Shown: positions 47,451 to 57,056 of the stretch, piece by piece
Numbering within the stretch: the first letter of the stretch is position 1
Layout of the letters: every line of letters begins with the position of its first letter
Origin: Candidatus Bathyarchaeota archaeon RBG_16_48_13
GTDB taxonomy: Archaea > Thermoproteota > Bathyarchaeia > RBG-16-48-13
Reading direction: 5' to 3'
DNA: 64,000 nt
Assembly (NCBI GenBank): GCA_001775995.1
Contig: MEZH01000007.1
Location: forward strand, 46,934 to 110,933
Translations under genes and position numbers: made by a program
Notes under the pieces: generated by a model
Database searches by the model: none
Seen by the model: the letters and a program-made list of their open reading frames with translations, nothing else
Told to the model about the DNA's origin: nothing

Positions 47451-47662
47451 CTGTTAGGGCATAGAACCTCAATAATCTTACATGCCTAGACGAGACACTC
47501 CAAGCGCGCGCCACACCAATTGCTCGCTCATAGCCTAGCTTTAGATCTTGCCGGGAGTCTTGTTCATTGTTTTGACTTAAATTCACGTTGACCGGATTAT
47601 ACAGCAAACGTTTGGTCGAGATGCCAGGATTCATGTTCCGTAGGAATCCCTGAGGTGAAGAA

Positions 47663-48433
47663 ATGAGCTTTCAAGAGAGGATCAGACAGAAGAAGGGCAA
47701 AGAAAAGATCATAATGCTGACGGCCTACGACTTTCAGATGGCGAGAATACTGGCTCGGACTGGTATCGACTTGATCCTTGTGGGCGATAGTCTAGCGATG
47801 GTAGTGCAAGGCCGAAGCGACACCAAGAGCGTCACGATGTCTGACATGATATATCACATAAAGGCGGCAGCAAGAGGAGCTGAGAACACCCCCATCATCG
47901 GGGACTTGCCAAGGGACAGCTGCAACTCTGTGGAGGATGGCTTACGGAATGCCAAGCTGTTCATCAAGGCGGGTGCACATGGAGTCAAGATTGAGGGGAA
48001 GAAAGCGGAGGTCATAAAAGCCCTGGCAAGCGGGGGAATCCCGGTTATGGGCCATATTGGAATGCTTCCCCAGACTGCAGAATCCTACCACGTGAAGGGA
48101 AAAAAGCCCGAAGAGGCCGAACAGATCCTCCAAGACGCTCGAGCCCTGGACAGGCTCGGCGTGTTTTCCATGGTGCTGGAGTGCATCCCCGAAGACCTGG
48201 CAAAGATGATAACAGAAACCGTCGATGTGCCGACGATAGGCATCGGAGCGGGCAAATACTGTGACGGACAGGTGCTGGTCACGAATGACATGCTCGGTTT
48301 CGACGATGACTTCAAACCAAAATACGTGAAAGTATACGCCAACTTCAACAAAGCGACAAAGGATGCTGTTTCCAAGTTCATCGAAGAAGTCTTCGAAGGC
48401 AAGTTTCCCGACGATGAACACACCTACCATTGA
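47663..48433 (+). CDS. panB: 3-methyl-2-oxobutanoate hydroxymethyltransferase
   Basis: MLTAYD, ILVGDSL, GDLP, VKIEG, PVMGHIG.LPQ, VLECIP, TIGIGAG..CDGQVLV..DMLG. Confidence 0.93.
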   Translation: MSFQERIRQKKGKEKIIMLTAYDFQMARILARTGIDLILVGDSLAMVVQGRSDTKSVTMSDMIYHIKAAARGAENTPIIGDLPRDSCNSVEDGLRNAKLFIKAGAHGVKIEGKKAEVIKALASGGIPVMGHIGMLPQTAESYHVKGKKPEEAEQILQDARALDRLGVFSMVLECIPEDLAKMITETVDVPTIGIGAGKYCDGQVLVTNDMLGFDDDFKPKYVKVYANFNKATKDAVSKFIEEVFEGKFPDDEHTYH

Positions 48434-48891
48434 ATCCTAGAGAAAACGTTGGCGCCGCGAGCGCTCAACATGTCGTAGAGTCGCTCTCTGTCACCTCTCG
48501 AGGACGATCTATCGGTCGTAGGGTTAAGCGGTCAACGGGTTACACGATGTCCCTGATCTACATGAGCCTGCGATTCGCATATCTGCCCCAGCGTGAGGCT
48601 GGTCGCCCTCAATACCTTCAAACCAGAGACTTCGCCTTGATCGTGCGCCGGATAGGACTTGCACATTAGGTGCGGATAACGCGTGACCTGCCACGCATTT
48701 GATTTCAGTGTGATTAGGCACAGGAAGAAATGATTCACTCAAATGTTGAACTGAATACCTCCAGACCTGCTACATCATTTTGGCTTCTTGCCAGCAAATT
48801 GACGTCAAAACCGGTCCCGACGCCTTGGTTTGCGCTTCCTAGCCAATCCTAGCTACAGGTTTGCTGCAGACTCAGACCCTTCTGGGGTTTT

Positions 48892-48910
48892 AATCCGGCC
48901 CGGCCTACTA
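48892..48910 (+). repeat. Direct repeat of the tRNA-Val 3' end (attR-like)
   Basis: AATCCGGCCCGGCCtACtA versus tRNA 47432-47450 AATCCGGCCCGGCCCACCA: 14 nt exact, 17 of 19 overall. Confidence 0.7.
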
Positions 48911-49081
48911 TTCTTTCTGAAGGCGAGTTCTGGTGATTATCCTATACCCTTAGAAAGTTGATGACTTTTTCATCGGCTGTGGCCCTTAGGATCCCGTCCT
49001 TCATGGGCTTCCACTTGTAAGTCCCATTGTTTGATCAGGATTCGACTTGGTTTCTAGTTCTTGCCAATAATATCGGGTTAT

Positions 49082-49385
49082 AGGAGAAGGGATAACAAGG
49101 GATATCTAGGTGGGACAATCGTGGATAATCAGCGGTGATGATTGAGTCAATAGAGGATACCAAGGGATATTGAAGGACAATCAGTACCAAAGGGTCTTGC
49201 TGGTTTCTTGATAGCTGGCTTCGCTCAGACAACTAGTGTGTTGGAGCCTCTGCCAGGTGGTTGAGGCTCATCTGCCGAGGAATCGCAACCAACACTAAGC
49301 CCTGGATATCTTGGACTACGCTCATTGTCCCTTATGATAGCCATTCTGCGCGTCCCTGTTATCCCGCATTATCCCTTACTCCTCT
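49082..49385. repeat. Non-coding quasi-palindrome with convergent phased GGGAYA arrays
   Basis: Seven plus-strand NGGAYA copies (49089-49179) and four minus-strand copies (49326-49375); perfect 8-9-bp cross-matches; nested apical hairpins. Confidence 0.7.
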
Positions 49386-49719
49386 TATGCCATCGGCCAA
49401 CTTGGAGATGCGGCTTTCTCAATTTCCATTCTGCTTGTGGGATGCGAACTGAGCCGAATGGAGAATACATAGATGGGATTCGAGTTTCGTTCCAGCGCCT
49501 TATGTGCTTTCCGCGGAATAATTTCACCCGTTGGGAGTATTCTGGAAATTCTGAAAACGGGGAAGGCGGGACCTGAGGATCTTGACAGGCCCAATCAATC
49601 TGGCGTTAGAGGCATCCATTAATCTAGTAGTTCAAGATGATCGGGGAGACATGAGAAGAATCGAATCAGCACTCAACTTTCTAATTAGCTCCAGGAATGA
49701 CACCTGCTCCAAGACCCAC

Positions 49720-49905
49720 CTATATGACTCTGAGTCTCTGGATGCTGTGAGTTTGCCAAGAATAGTGGCGGAGCTTCTTGGAGGCACCATATCCGCAAGC
49801 GGAGCATTTCTTCTCTCTCTTGTGGTAGGAATGCCTCCCACACCGTCTACAGCGGATGTGCACAGTCTGGTTTTTCTTTCCGAAAGATGGCGTTCCCTTG
49901 CCCAT
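49720..49905 (-). CDS. rpl37e: 50S ribosomal protein L37e
   Basis: [32 protein letters not shown]. Confidence 0.95.
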   Translation of the reverse strand: MGKGTPSFGKKNQTVHIRCRRCGRHSYHKREKKCSACGYGASKKLRHYSWQTHSIQRLRVI

Positions 49906-49914
49906 GATCTAGAT

Positions 49915-50142
49915 TCACCTTGCAGGAGGCGATATTATTATTACGTTGTCCCCTCTGACGATTATGACGCCGAGCTTCTGGATGTTTTCAGTGTTCGAGA
50001 CATCCTCAGCGTCTTCCAAGACCAAGTTCATGTGTTGGTCGAAGGATTGAAGTTTCCCTCTGAGACTCTTTCCACCCTTCAGCCTTACCAGTACCTGTTT
50101 GCTGAGGCTTTCGTTCAGTATCTTTGTCGCCGCTTCGGTCAA
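49915..50142 (-). CDS. Sm-like (Lsm/SmAP1) protein
   Basis: VLVRLKGG..LRGKL.SFDQHMNLVLEDAE, IIVRGDNVI.ISP; conserved position upstream of rpl37e. Confidence 0.93.
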   Translation of the reverse strand: MTEAATKILNESLSKQVLVRLKGGKSLRGKLQSFDQHMNLVLEDAEDVSNTENIQKLGVIIVRGDNVIIISPPAR

Positions 50143-50249
50143 ATTCGATCAACCTTTGTTGGAGCTTGAACACATCCTGAACATCTATTGGGTGACCCCT
50201 TAATGATTTAAATCTATCGCGCTCCCTAAGGAGATGCCGGGAAGACAGT

Positions 50250-50747
50250 TTGAAGGGCAGACGCAGGCGCCTCCTTAGCAGCAAGGAGATAAGAGACTTC
50301 TTAACAGATATCTCTTCAGCACTTGGAAGCGAATACGATGACCTCTTTGACCGGATCTCCAAGATCGAATTGATCGAGACCGACGAAGGTGACATATATT
50401 ACTTCGACGAGAGACCCGTTTTGATCAAGATCGGCGAGAAGCGTATACCCACACTCCTCTTCGATGAACTCCTGAACCGTCTGCCATGGGTTTTTGTCGA
50501 TCGAGGCGCTATCCCGCATGTGTGCAACGGCGCCGATGTCATGGCGCCAGGGATCAAGGAGATAAAAGGATTCTTCAAGGAGGGGGCATTGGTAGTCGTT
50601 GGCGACTCAGAACATAAGAAAGCCTTGGCCGTGGGTCTGGCTGTGCTTGGGGATGGCGATGCCCGGCAAACAAGAAAAGGGAAAGTGGTGAAAAATCTTC
50701 ACTACGTCGGAGATCCCATTTGGGGTAGGATCAGAGAAACTCAATAA
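50250..50747 (+). CDS. PUA-domain RNA-binding protein (DUF1947/Tma20-like)
   Basis: PTL, VFVDRGAIPHVCNGADVMAPGI, KALAVG, KGKVVKNLHYVGD. Confidence 0.88.
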   Translation: MKGRRRRLLSSKEIRDFLTDISSALGSEYDDLFDRISKIELIETDEGDIYYFDERPVLIKIGEKRIPTLLFDELLNRLPWVFVDRGAIPHVCNGADVMAPGIKEIKGFFKEGALVVVGDSEHKKALAVGLAVLGDGDARQTRKGKVVKNLHYVGDPIWGRIRETQ

Positions 50748-50793
50748 TATCGAATTTTGAAACAAAGCATAATGGCGTATTGGTGGCGGTTGA

Positions 50794-51150
50794 TTGGGTT
50801 TAGTGGAAAGGTTCAAGCGCAAGAAAGAGGAGGAACCTTGTGAAACCACAGCACTCAGACATGCCTTGATATATGTCAAAGCTCTATCCATACAAGATCT
50901 CTCTGATCTGAATCATATAAAGGCAGAATTCAACCAAGGAAATATCATAATATTGAAGGTTACACCCCTCGCCAAGAAGAATTTGGATGATGTCAAGAAG
51001 GCGATATCATATTTGACGAGTTGCGTAAGGGAGGCGGGTGGAGATATCGCTCGCTTGGGAGAAGAGAGGGTATTAATCACCCCACCGAGCGTCAAGATCT
51101 GGAAGAAAGATAGCCAGCCTCGAGAATCCTCCGGATCTATTTCAATCTAA
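50794..51150 (+). CDS. sepF: Cell division protein SepF (DUF552)
   Basis: GNIIILKVTPL, GGDIARLGEERVLITP. Confidence 0.8.
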   Translation: MGLVERFKRKKEEEPCETTALRHALIYVKALSIQDLSDLNHIKAEFNQGNIIILKVTPLAKKNLDDVKKAISYLTSCVREAGGDIARLGEERVLITPPSVKIWKKDSQPRESSGSISI

Positions 51151-53056
51151 TTGTCTCCAGATTCTGTGGTGCAATGGCATTTATCTTCAGCACCTTCTTG
51201 AAGGTGTTGGCCACGCCCAAGCATTTCTTGCTCTCTCCATGATTGACTATTATTAGGTCCGGATGGGGCATTATCTTTCTAGCATAACCGAAGATTTGAT
51301 TACGATCACTGTGACCGCTGAAGCCCTCAACTGCATCCACCCCGCATTCCACTTTAAAAGCCTCCGTTCTACCCTCATTGTTGAGCATATTGAAATCTCG
51401 ATTTCCTCTGAGAAGGCGCCGACCTGTTGTGCCTTCAATCTGATAGGAGACGAAGATGACAGTGTTCAATGGGCTTGGGGCCAACATCTTGAACCATTCT
51501 ATCGAAGGGCCGCCCTCGAGCATACCAGAAGTGGCTAGGGTTATGCTTGGACTTGACCCGTCGATCTGAGCTCTGGCATTTGAGCTCTCTATGACAGTGA
51601 AGTAGTCAGACTGGAATGGATTTATGCCTTCCTTTATTATCCTGTCTCTCACCTCCCTAGAAAGGTATTCAGGATATGCTGTATGTATCGCAGTTGCTTC
51701 TGAGATCATGCCTTCAATATAGACTGGAACTTCCCTCATGAGACCCTGCCTCATATAGCTATCAAGCACAAGCATGATCTCCTGCGCCCTGCCTACCGCC
51801 GGAACAGGGATAAGGACTCGACCGCCGCCTTCAATTGTCTTATTCACTATGAAGGCGAGCTTCTCCTCAACCTCCTTTCTGGATGGCATTATGTCTTCCG
51901 GTGCGCCGTAGGTGCTTTCAGTAATCAGGGTTTCAATTCTTGGAAAAGTCATGACGGCCGGTTCGAGGAGCATTGTGTGACCGAATTTCAGGTCTCCCGT
52001 GTAGACGATATTGTGCAAGCCTTCACCTATATGAAGATGAACTATGGATGATCCCAGGATATGCCCTGCGTTATGAAGAGTCAACCTCATGTCGGGGGAT
52101 ATGTCGGTGACCGTGCCGTACTTGAGCGGGATCGTGTGGAGGACGGTCTCCCTCACGTCCTTCTGATCGTAGGGAGTCTGACGGCCACTCTTAGTGAGCA
52201 CATCGAGGCTGTCAAGTTGAAGGAGGGTCATTAGGCTCGATGTAGGCTCTGAGCAATATACTGGACCATCAAACCCGTACTTGTAGAGAAAAGGCAGGAG
52301 TCCACAATGGTCCAGGTGGGCATGAGATATTATTACAGCGTCTAGAGTGTCAAGATCGAACTCGTCGATGTTAAACTTGGGGAAAGCATCAGAGGAGTCC
52401 ATATAGGCAGGGTTCATACCACAATCGAGGAGGACTGAGCTTTCTTTGGTTCGGACCAGCATGGATGATCTACCGACCTCCCTGAAACCGCCTAAGGTAG
52501 TAAGCAGGACCTCATTGCTCCTAAGGAAAGTTGGCCTGAAGATCCTCTCGCCAACGTCTCTCATGATCCTTTCGCGTTCTTTGGCTTCAGAATGCAAGTA
52601 GTGGCGGATGTGAGCTATTATCATGGATGGAAGAGGTGGTGACCGAAGGACCCTTGGTCTCCATCTAGTGGCACTTACTATCTTCTGGAGGGTAATACCA
52701 TCTTTGCCGATGACAAGACCTGGTTTCTTCGCCTCTATGACAACTTCGCCCACGGTTGGATCGAATGTCACATTTGTAACCTCAGCCTCAGGCGGAACCA
52801 GTTGCTTGACAGCGTTCTCGGTTTCTCTCTCCTCGAGACGAACAGAAGGGTCGGACCTTATTACAACTCTCTTCCTTATTCGATTAACCATATCGGTAAC
52901 GATGTAGCTCTGTTCGAAGAGAATTTCAGGTCTCTTGGCATAAATAGCCAGTTTTGGACCCTCAAACTCGATCCTGGTGATCTCAGCTTCCTTGGGAACA
53001 TATCCGAGGATGGCTTCACGTATTCTAGTTTGTATCTCGTTAAATGAAGTCCCCAC
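51137..53056 (-). CDS. Beta-CASP ribonuclease aCPSF1 with KH domains
   Basis: IEFEGP, KH region, LGGFREVGRS, SHAHLDH, AGHILGS, YTGD, ESTYG, GRAQE, FSGHSD, NHGE. Confidence 0.94.
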   Translation of the reverse strand: MGTSFNEIQTRIREAILGYVPKEAEITRIEFEGPKLAIYAKRPEILFEQSYIVTDMVNRIRKRVVIRSDPSVRLEERETENAVKQLVPPEAEVTNVTFDPTVGEVVIEAKKPGLVIGKDGITLQKIVSATRWRPRVLRSPPLPSMIIAHIRHYLHSEAKERERIMRDVGERIFRPTFLRSNEVLLTTLGGFREVGRSSMLVRTKESSVLLDCGMNPAYMDSSDAFPKFNIDEFDLDTLDAVIISHAHLDHCGLLPFLYKYGFDGPVYCSEPTSSLMTLLQLDSLDVLTKSGRQTPYDQKDVRETVLHTIPLKYGTVTDISPDMRLTLHNAGHILGSSIVHLHIGEGLHNIVYTGDLKFGHTMLLEPAVMTFPRIETLITESTYGAPEDIMPSRKEVEEKLAFIVNKTIEGGGRVLIPVPAVGRAQEIMLVLDSYMRQGLMREVPVYIEGMISEATAIHTAYPEYLSREVRDRIIKEGINPFQSDYFTVIESSNARAQIDGSSPSITLATSGMLEGGPSIEWFKMLAPSPLNTVIFVSYQIEGTTGRRLLRGNRDFNMLNNEGRTEAFKVECGVDAVEGFSGHSDRNQIFGYARKIMPHPDLIIVNHGESKKCLGVANTFKKVLKINAIAPQNLETIRLK

Positions 53057-53098
53057 TAGACTAGCTCCTTTTTTTACAAAAGCAATTGTGAAGACGAC

Positions 53099-53734
53099 TT
53101 ACTGAGCGAGTCTCTTCTTCTCTTCATCCGACAACTCGTGATAGCCTTCTTCTGTAATTATCGCCACATCGAAACTATCCCCGCTGGCACTGTCCCTCTT
53201 CATAGAGGAGTGGATTGCTCTTACAATCAGATTCACACCATCATCTATAGACAGGTTTTCCCGGTATTCGCTCTCGAGAAGTCCGTAGGCTATAGGCGAA
53301 CCAGAACCAGTTGAAACACATTTCTCTTCAGTCACGGAACCGAATGGATCTAGCGCATAAATGTGCGATCCACTTTCGTCGACACCAGCTACGAGTGCTT
53401 GAAGGGAGAGGGGAATGTACCGAGACGAGAACAGGAGATTAGCAACCAATCTAGCTGCTGACTTGACTGGCATGGCCCTGCCTTTCTCGAGATAGTAGAG
53501 CTGGGCGTTAGCCTTAAGAGTCTCCACGACAGCCTGAGCGTCTGCCACGGTCCCGGCAATAGTCATAGCCAATTTGTCATAGATTTTGTATACCTTCTTG
53601 GCTTTCTTGTGGGCCACAAAATATCCCATGGTAGCTCTCGTATCTGTAGCAAGGACCACCCCATTACTGCAAACTATTCCTATGGTAGTGGTTCCCTTAA
53701 GTATCATGTCTGCTGGTTTGGTTTCATGAATCAT
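53099..53734 (-). CDS. psmB: Proteasome beta subunit, catalytic
   Basis: KGTTTIG (propeptide cleavage and Thr1), DTRAT.G, AG.VADAQ, TGSGSP.AYG, RDSASG; SD GGAGG. Confidence 0.92.
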   Translation of the reverse strand: MIHETKPADMILKGTTTIGIVCSNGVVLATDTRATMGYFVAHKKAKKVYKIYDKLAMTIAGTVADAQAVVETLKANAQLYYLEKGRAMPVKSAARLVANLLFSSRYIPLSLQALVAGVDESGSHIYALDPFGSVTEEKCVSTGSGSPIAYGLLESEYRENLSIDDGVNLIVRAIHSSMKRDSASGDSFDVAIITEEGYHELSDEEKKRLAQ

Positions 53735-53913
53735 GTAATAGCATCCTCCGAGAAGAAAAACCCATGAAAGCAATTCTTTGCTCGAAGTGGAATACTAGAT
53801 ATAACAACTACGATGTGAGACAGCAGATGCTTAAAAATATTTCGAGTGGAGAGCACAATAGGGATACAACATTTATAGAACGGGCACTAGGAAAGAGGGT
53901 TAGTGACGTCCAA

Positions 53914-54972
53914 GTGGCTCAAAAAGTCCATCGAATGGAACTTCCCCGAGAAGTTCTGATCGGAAGCAACATACTTCCTTTGGTTGGCCCGGCCCTAAAG
54001 AAACTGGGGTTCGCATCAACAGCTGTGACATTCACAGGTTCCATAACAAGGAAGGTCGCAGCCGAACCCGTAGCTGATTCTATGAGGGAAAACGGCATAG
54101 GCACGACTTTTGAGCTGGTAGGTGGGTCCTCAACAGAGGATTTGACCCTAGCTCAAGATGCGATAAGAGAGATCAGGCCTGAAGTTGCTCTGGCGGTGGG
54201 TGGCGGACGAGTTATTGACATAACGAAATTGGCATCCTTCAATGAGAACATTCCATTTATCAGTATACCCACGACCGCTTCTCACGACGGAATAGCCAGT
54301 CCTTGGGCCTCTATCAAGGGCTTGGAAAAGCCTTTTTCCATAAGAGCTCAGGCGCCTCTCGCTATAATTGCAGATATCGCTAAGATCAATGAGGCACCCT
54401 ACAGATTTACGGAAAGCGGATGCGGAGACATCATATCAAAATACACTGCAGTGAGAGACTGGAGATTAGTCCACAAGCTTAGGGACGAGTACTACGGAGA
54501 CTACGCCGCCAATCTTGCTCTTATGAGCGCCAAACTGATCATGAAAAACACCGACATCATTAGGAGAAATAATGAGGAGGGCGTTCAAATCGTCCTCGAA
54601 GCCCTCATTAGCTGCGGAGTAGCTATGAGCATAGCCGGAAGTAGCAGACCGTGCAGTGGCTCAGAACATCTCTTCAGTCACGCCCTCGATATTGCAGCGT
54701 CCAGACCGGCTCTTCACGGAGAACAGTGTGGGGTCGGAACGATCATGATGGCTTACCTCTACGGTGCGGATTGGAAGATGATAAGGGACTCGTTGAAAGC
54801 TTTGGGTGCTCCGACTAATGCTAAGGAGTTGCAGACAGAACCTGAATTTATAATACAGGCTTTGACTCAAGCTCATCTGATTAGGCGCGAGAGATTTACC
54901 ATCCTGGGGGAAAATGGCCTCTCGAGGGATGCAGCTGAGAAATTGGCTAGGGCGACAGGAGTCATAGAATAA
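53914..54972 (+). CDS. egsA: NAD(P)-dependent glycerol-1-phosphate dehydrogenase
   Basis: ELPREV, VGGGRVID..K, PTTASHDGIASP, SGCGD, GSSRPCSGSEHLFSHALD, LHGEQCG. Confidence 0.93.
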   Translation: MAQKVHRMELPREVLIGSNILPLVGPALKKLGFASTAVTFTGSITRKVAAEPVADSMRENGIGTTFELVGGSSTEDLTLAQDAIREIRPEVALAVGGGRVIDITKLASFNENIPFISIPTTASHDGIASPWASIKGLEKPFSIRAQAPLAIIADIAKINEAPYRFTESGCGDIISKYTAVRDWRLVHKLRDEYYGDYAANLALMSAKLIMKNTDIIRRNNEEGVQIVLEALISCGVAMSIAGSSRPCSGSEHLFSHALDIAASRPALHGEQCGVGTIMMAYLYGADWKMIRDSLKALGAPTNAKELQTEPEFIIQALTQAHLIRRERFTILGENGLSRDAAEKLARATGVIE

Positions 54973-55434
54973 ATGGCTGAGCAGAAGCGAATTATCACCA
55001 TAGTTGGGGAGAGACAAGCAAGACCGAAATTCGCCTTCTTGTACAATGGCCCCAGCCGAGCATGTAAAGACTGCAATTATTTTAAAGTCTGTCAGGAGAA
55101 ACTGGATCAAGGCAGCGTATATGAGATTGTTAAAGTCAGGGATAAGGAAATTCCCTGCAATATCCACGACGACAAAGCCAGGGTGGTAGAGGTCGTGGAG
55201 GCCGATCTTTCTGTGGCTGTTAACCGAAGGGAAACCTTTGAGGGGGCAACAGTAACAATAAAGTCCTCGGATTGCGACAACAAGAGTTGCCCCAGTTTCG
55301 GTATATGCATGCCCCTGGGTCTCCAAAAGAAGGGAAAATACAGGATCGTTGGTGTCTTAGGACCTATTTCTTGCCCTCTTCGGCGGCCTTTGGTTGAGGT
55401 TCGGGCTCGGCGGGTTCCAAAGCCTTCTTCTTAA
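54973..55434 (+). CDS. UPF0179 family protein
   Basis: ITIVG..A.P.F.F.Y.G....C..C.....C..KL..G..YEI.KVR....C..H; conserved neighbor of egsA. Confidence 0.8.
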   Translation: MAEQKRIITIVGERQARPKFAFLYNGPSRACKDCNYFKVCQEKLDQGSVYEIVKVRDKEIPCNIHDDKARVVEVVEADLSVAVNRRETFEGATVTIKSSDCDNKSCPSFGICMPLGLQKKGKYRIVGVLGPISCPLRRPLVEVRARRVPKPSS

Positions 55435-56125
55435 AGGACTCAATAAAGGACAATTCTTCTACCTCAGGGAAGAATCTTTGGATATCCATGTTTATACCAC
55501 GTTTGGCTAATTGAAGCCCTTCGAGAAAGAAAACCTCTTCAGGTAAGTGCACCTTTACGTTCTTGCCCTCGACATTCAGGTCCAGCTTCTCAGTAGCAAT
55601 AGCGGGTATGCGTCTCTCTATGAGCGCTTTGATCTTATCGGTTTTCTTCTTCAAAACCTTCTTCACAGTGACCTGGTAGAGCAAATTCTTTCCAGCAAGG
55701 GAAGGGTTAAAGTCGACCTGAACTCTGCCTGCGCCGACGCTTCTGATGACGGCCGGTTTCCCGTCCATCTCCAGCTTCATCCCAGGGAACGGCGCAACCC
55801 GCTCGTCCTTGAATTTTCTGAACGGTACCATCTTGACTTTGCTTGGATCTCTGTTTCCAAATCCTTTATCTGGAGGTATCTCGATCGTAGCTGTCTCCCC
55901 TTCTTTCAAGCCTTTCAGGCCTTCGTCAAGGCCTTTAAGGACCCAACCTTCACCAACAACTACAAGGTCGGGGTTATATACGGAACCTTCCTTATGTAGG
56001 CCTTCCTTCTTCGCCACCTCTTCCAAAGTGGTGGAGAACGTTTCGCCAGTTTCTTTCACCTTACCCATGTAATCGATGAATATGAAATCGCCCTTCTTCG
56101 TCATTTCTTCCTTCTTTTCGGACAC
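55364..56125 (-). CDS. FKBP-type peptidyl-prolyl isomerase (long archaeal type)
   Basis: KGDFI.IDY.G, FSTT.EE.AK..G, GLDE.L, PPDKGFG.RD, VDFNPSLAGK.L.Y. Confidence 0.9.
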   Translation of the reverse strand: MSEKKEEMTKKGDFIFIDYMGKVKETGETFSTTLEEVAKKEGLHKEGSVYNPDLVVVGEGWVLKGLDEGLKGLKEGETATIEIPPDKGFGNRDPSKVKMVPFRKFKDERVAPFPGMKLEMDGKPAVIRSVGAGRVQVDFNPSLAGKNLLYQVTVKKVLKKKTDKIKALIERRIPAIATEKLDLNVEGKNVKVHLPEEVFFLEGLQLAKRGINMDIQRFFPEVEELSFIESFKKKALEPAEPEPQPKAAEEGKK

Positions 56126-56355
56126 TAAAATATCCTCCGACTAACTTCTTAGCATGGTTATTTGGAGTTGCCTTTAACCTTTATCTTTCTTGCGACCTGA
56201 TATGCATTCAAGAATCATCAGACTATATGGGTATTATTCGTCAGCTCAGGGTAAATTTCCTTGGAATTTTCGATGTTGAGAGCCTCTTTAAGTTTAAATA
56301 AAGTGTCTGGCAACTTGGTTTTATGATCGGCACAAATGCGGTTGATCACTGGAAA

Positions 56356-56451
56356 GCGGTCGTAGTCTAGTTTGGTCTAGGACGTCAGCCTGCCAACCGG
56401 ATCTAGGGCGGAGCGCTGGTGACCCGGGTTCAAATCCCGGCGACCGCACCA
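56356..56451 (+). tRNA. tRNA-Gly(GCC) with canonical 37/38 intron (56396-56413) and encoded CCA
   Basis: Acceptor GCGGTCG/CGACCGC, loop CTGCCAC after splicing, BHB helix CTGC/GCGG, T-arm CCGGG-TTCAAAT-CCCGG. Confidence 0.92.
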
Positions 56452-56476
56452 CCAATCTCTAGGGAGCATAGCATCG

Positions 56477-56896
56477 TTGAAAGTCGTCACCCGAGATTTG
56501 GAACTTCACACAAAGGGCGAGTCAGACATTTTGAATATCACTGAAGAAATTGCAAATGAAATTGAATCATCAAAAATCGGGAACGGCGTCGTCACCATAT
56601 TTGTTAAGGGTTCCACCGCTGCCCTGACGACAATCGAATATGAACCTGGCCTCAAGCAGGATTTCCCAGCGTTTTTGGAGAGGATAGCTCCACGGAATAT
56701 CGAATACCAACATGAGCGGACTTGGCATGATGGTAATGGCCACTCTCACGTGAGGGCTTCCCTTATTGGACCGAGCCTCACTGTCCCTATTGTGGACGGT
56801 AGACTCACCTTGGGGGTGTGGCAGCAGATAGTTGTCTTGGAGTTTGACACCCGAAGCCGCGTGAGAACCTTGGTGACTATGATAATGGGTGAATGA
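56477..56896 (+). CDS. YjbQ/UPF0047 family protein
   Basis: GSTAALTTIEYEPGL, Y.HE..WHDGNGHSHVRASLIGPS, L.LG.WQQI...EFD. Confidence 0.9.
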   Translation: MKVVTRDLELHTKGESDILNITEEIANEIESSKIGNGVVTIFVKGSTAALTTIEYEPGLKQDFPAFLERIAPRNIEYQHERTWHDGNGHSHVRASLIGPSLTVPIVDGRLTLGVWQQIVVLEFDTRSRVRTLVTMIMGE

Positions 56897-56952
56897 GAGC
56901 AACCCTTAAGTTACTTTCCCATTCCTAAATGAGAAATATTGCTCTGCTTAGA

Positions 56953-57051
56953 GCGGCTGTGGTCTAGTCTGGTCTAGGACTTCAAGTCCCTCAAGGGGCG
57001 AGCAAGCCTTCCAAGCTGACTACCCGGGCTCAAATCCCGGCAGCCGCACCA
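56953..57051 (+). tRNA. tRNA-Gly(TCC) with non-canonical 29/30 intron (56985-57005) and encoded CCA
   Basis: Acceptor GCGGCTG/CAGCCGC; removing 21 nt restores TCAGC-CTTCCAA-GCTGA; BHB bulges CAA and AAG around the GTCCC/GGGGC hairpin; T-loop CTCAAAT. Confidence 0.88.
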
Positions 57052-57056
57052 GACAC

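Noticed and set aside
47398-47634. 78-aa minus-strand ORF ending VVGRAGFGPATF
   Set aside because: It is the antisense reading of tRNA-Val, a common spurious ORF
49234-49297. SRP (7S) RNA S-domain or RNase P RNA identity for the structured element
   Set aside because: The GGAA hairpin is too short and lacks the CAGG/AGCA SRP54-binding internal loop; no GAGGAAAGUCC RNase P motif on either strand
49480-49570. ORB boxes (TTCCGCGGAA, TTCTGAAAACGGGG) indicating oriC
   Set aside because: Only partial similarity to the ORB consensus, no cdc6/orc1 nearby and no clear AT-rich unwinding element; kept only as one hypothesis
49582-50169. 195-aa plus-strand ORF
   Set aside because: Antisense shadow of rpl37e and Lsm; the same applies to other long shadows such as 9785-10402, 8979-9536 and 54661-55326
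33614-55434. Convergent 3' overlaps (ribL/ribK 35 nt, NOG1/rtcA 9 nt, UPF0179/FKBP 71 nt)
   Set aside because: Common in compact archaeal genomes; no extra structure seen
49720-56125. rpl37e-Lsm, PUA-sepF, aCPSF1-psmB and egsA-UPF0179-FKBP gene order
   Set aside because: Well-known conserved archaeal neighborhoods; not novel
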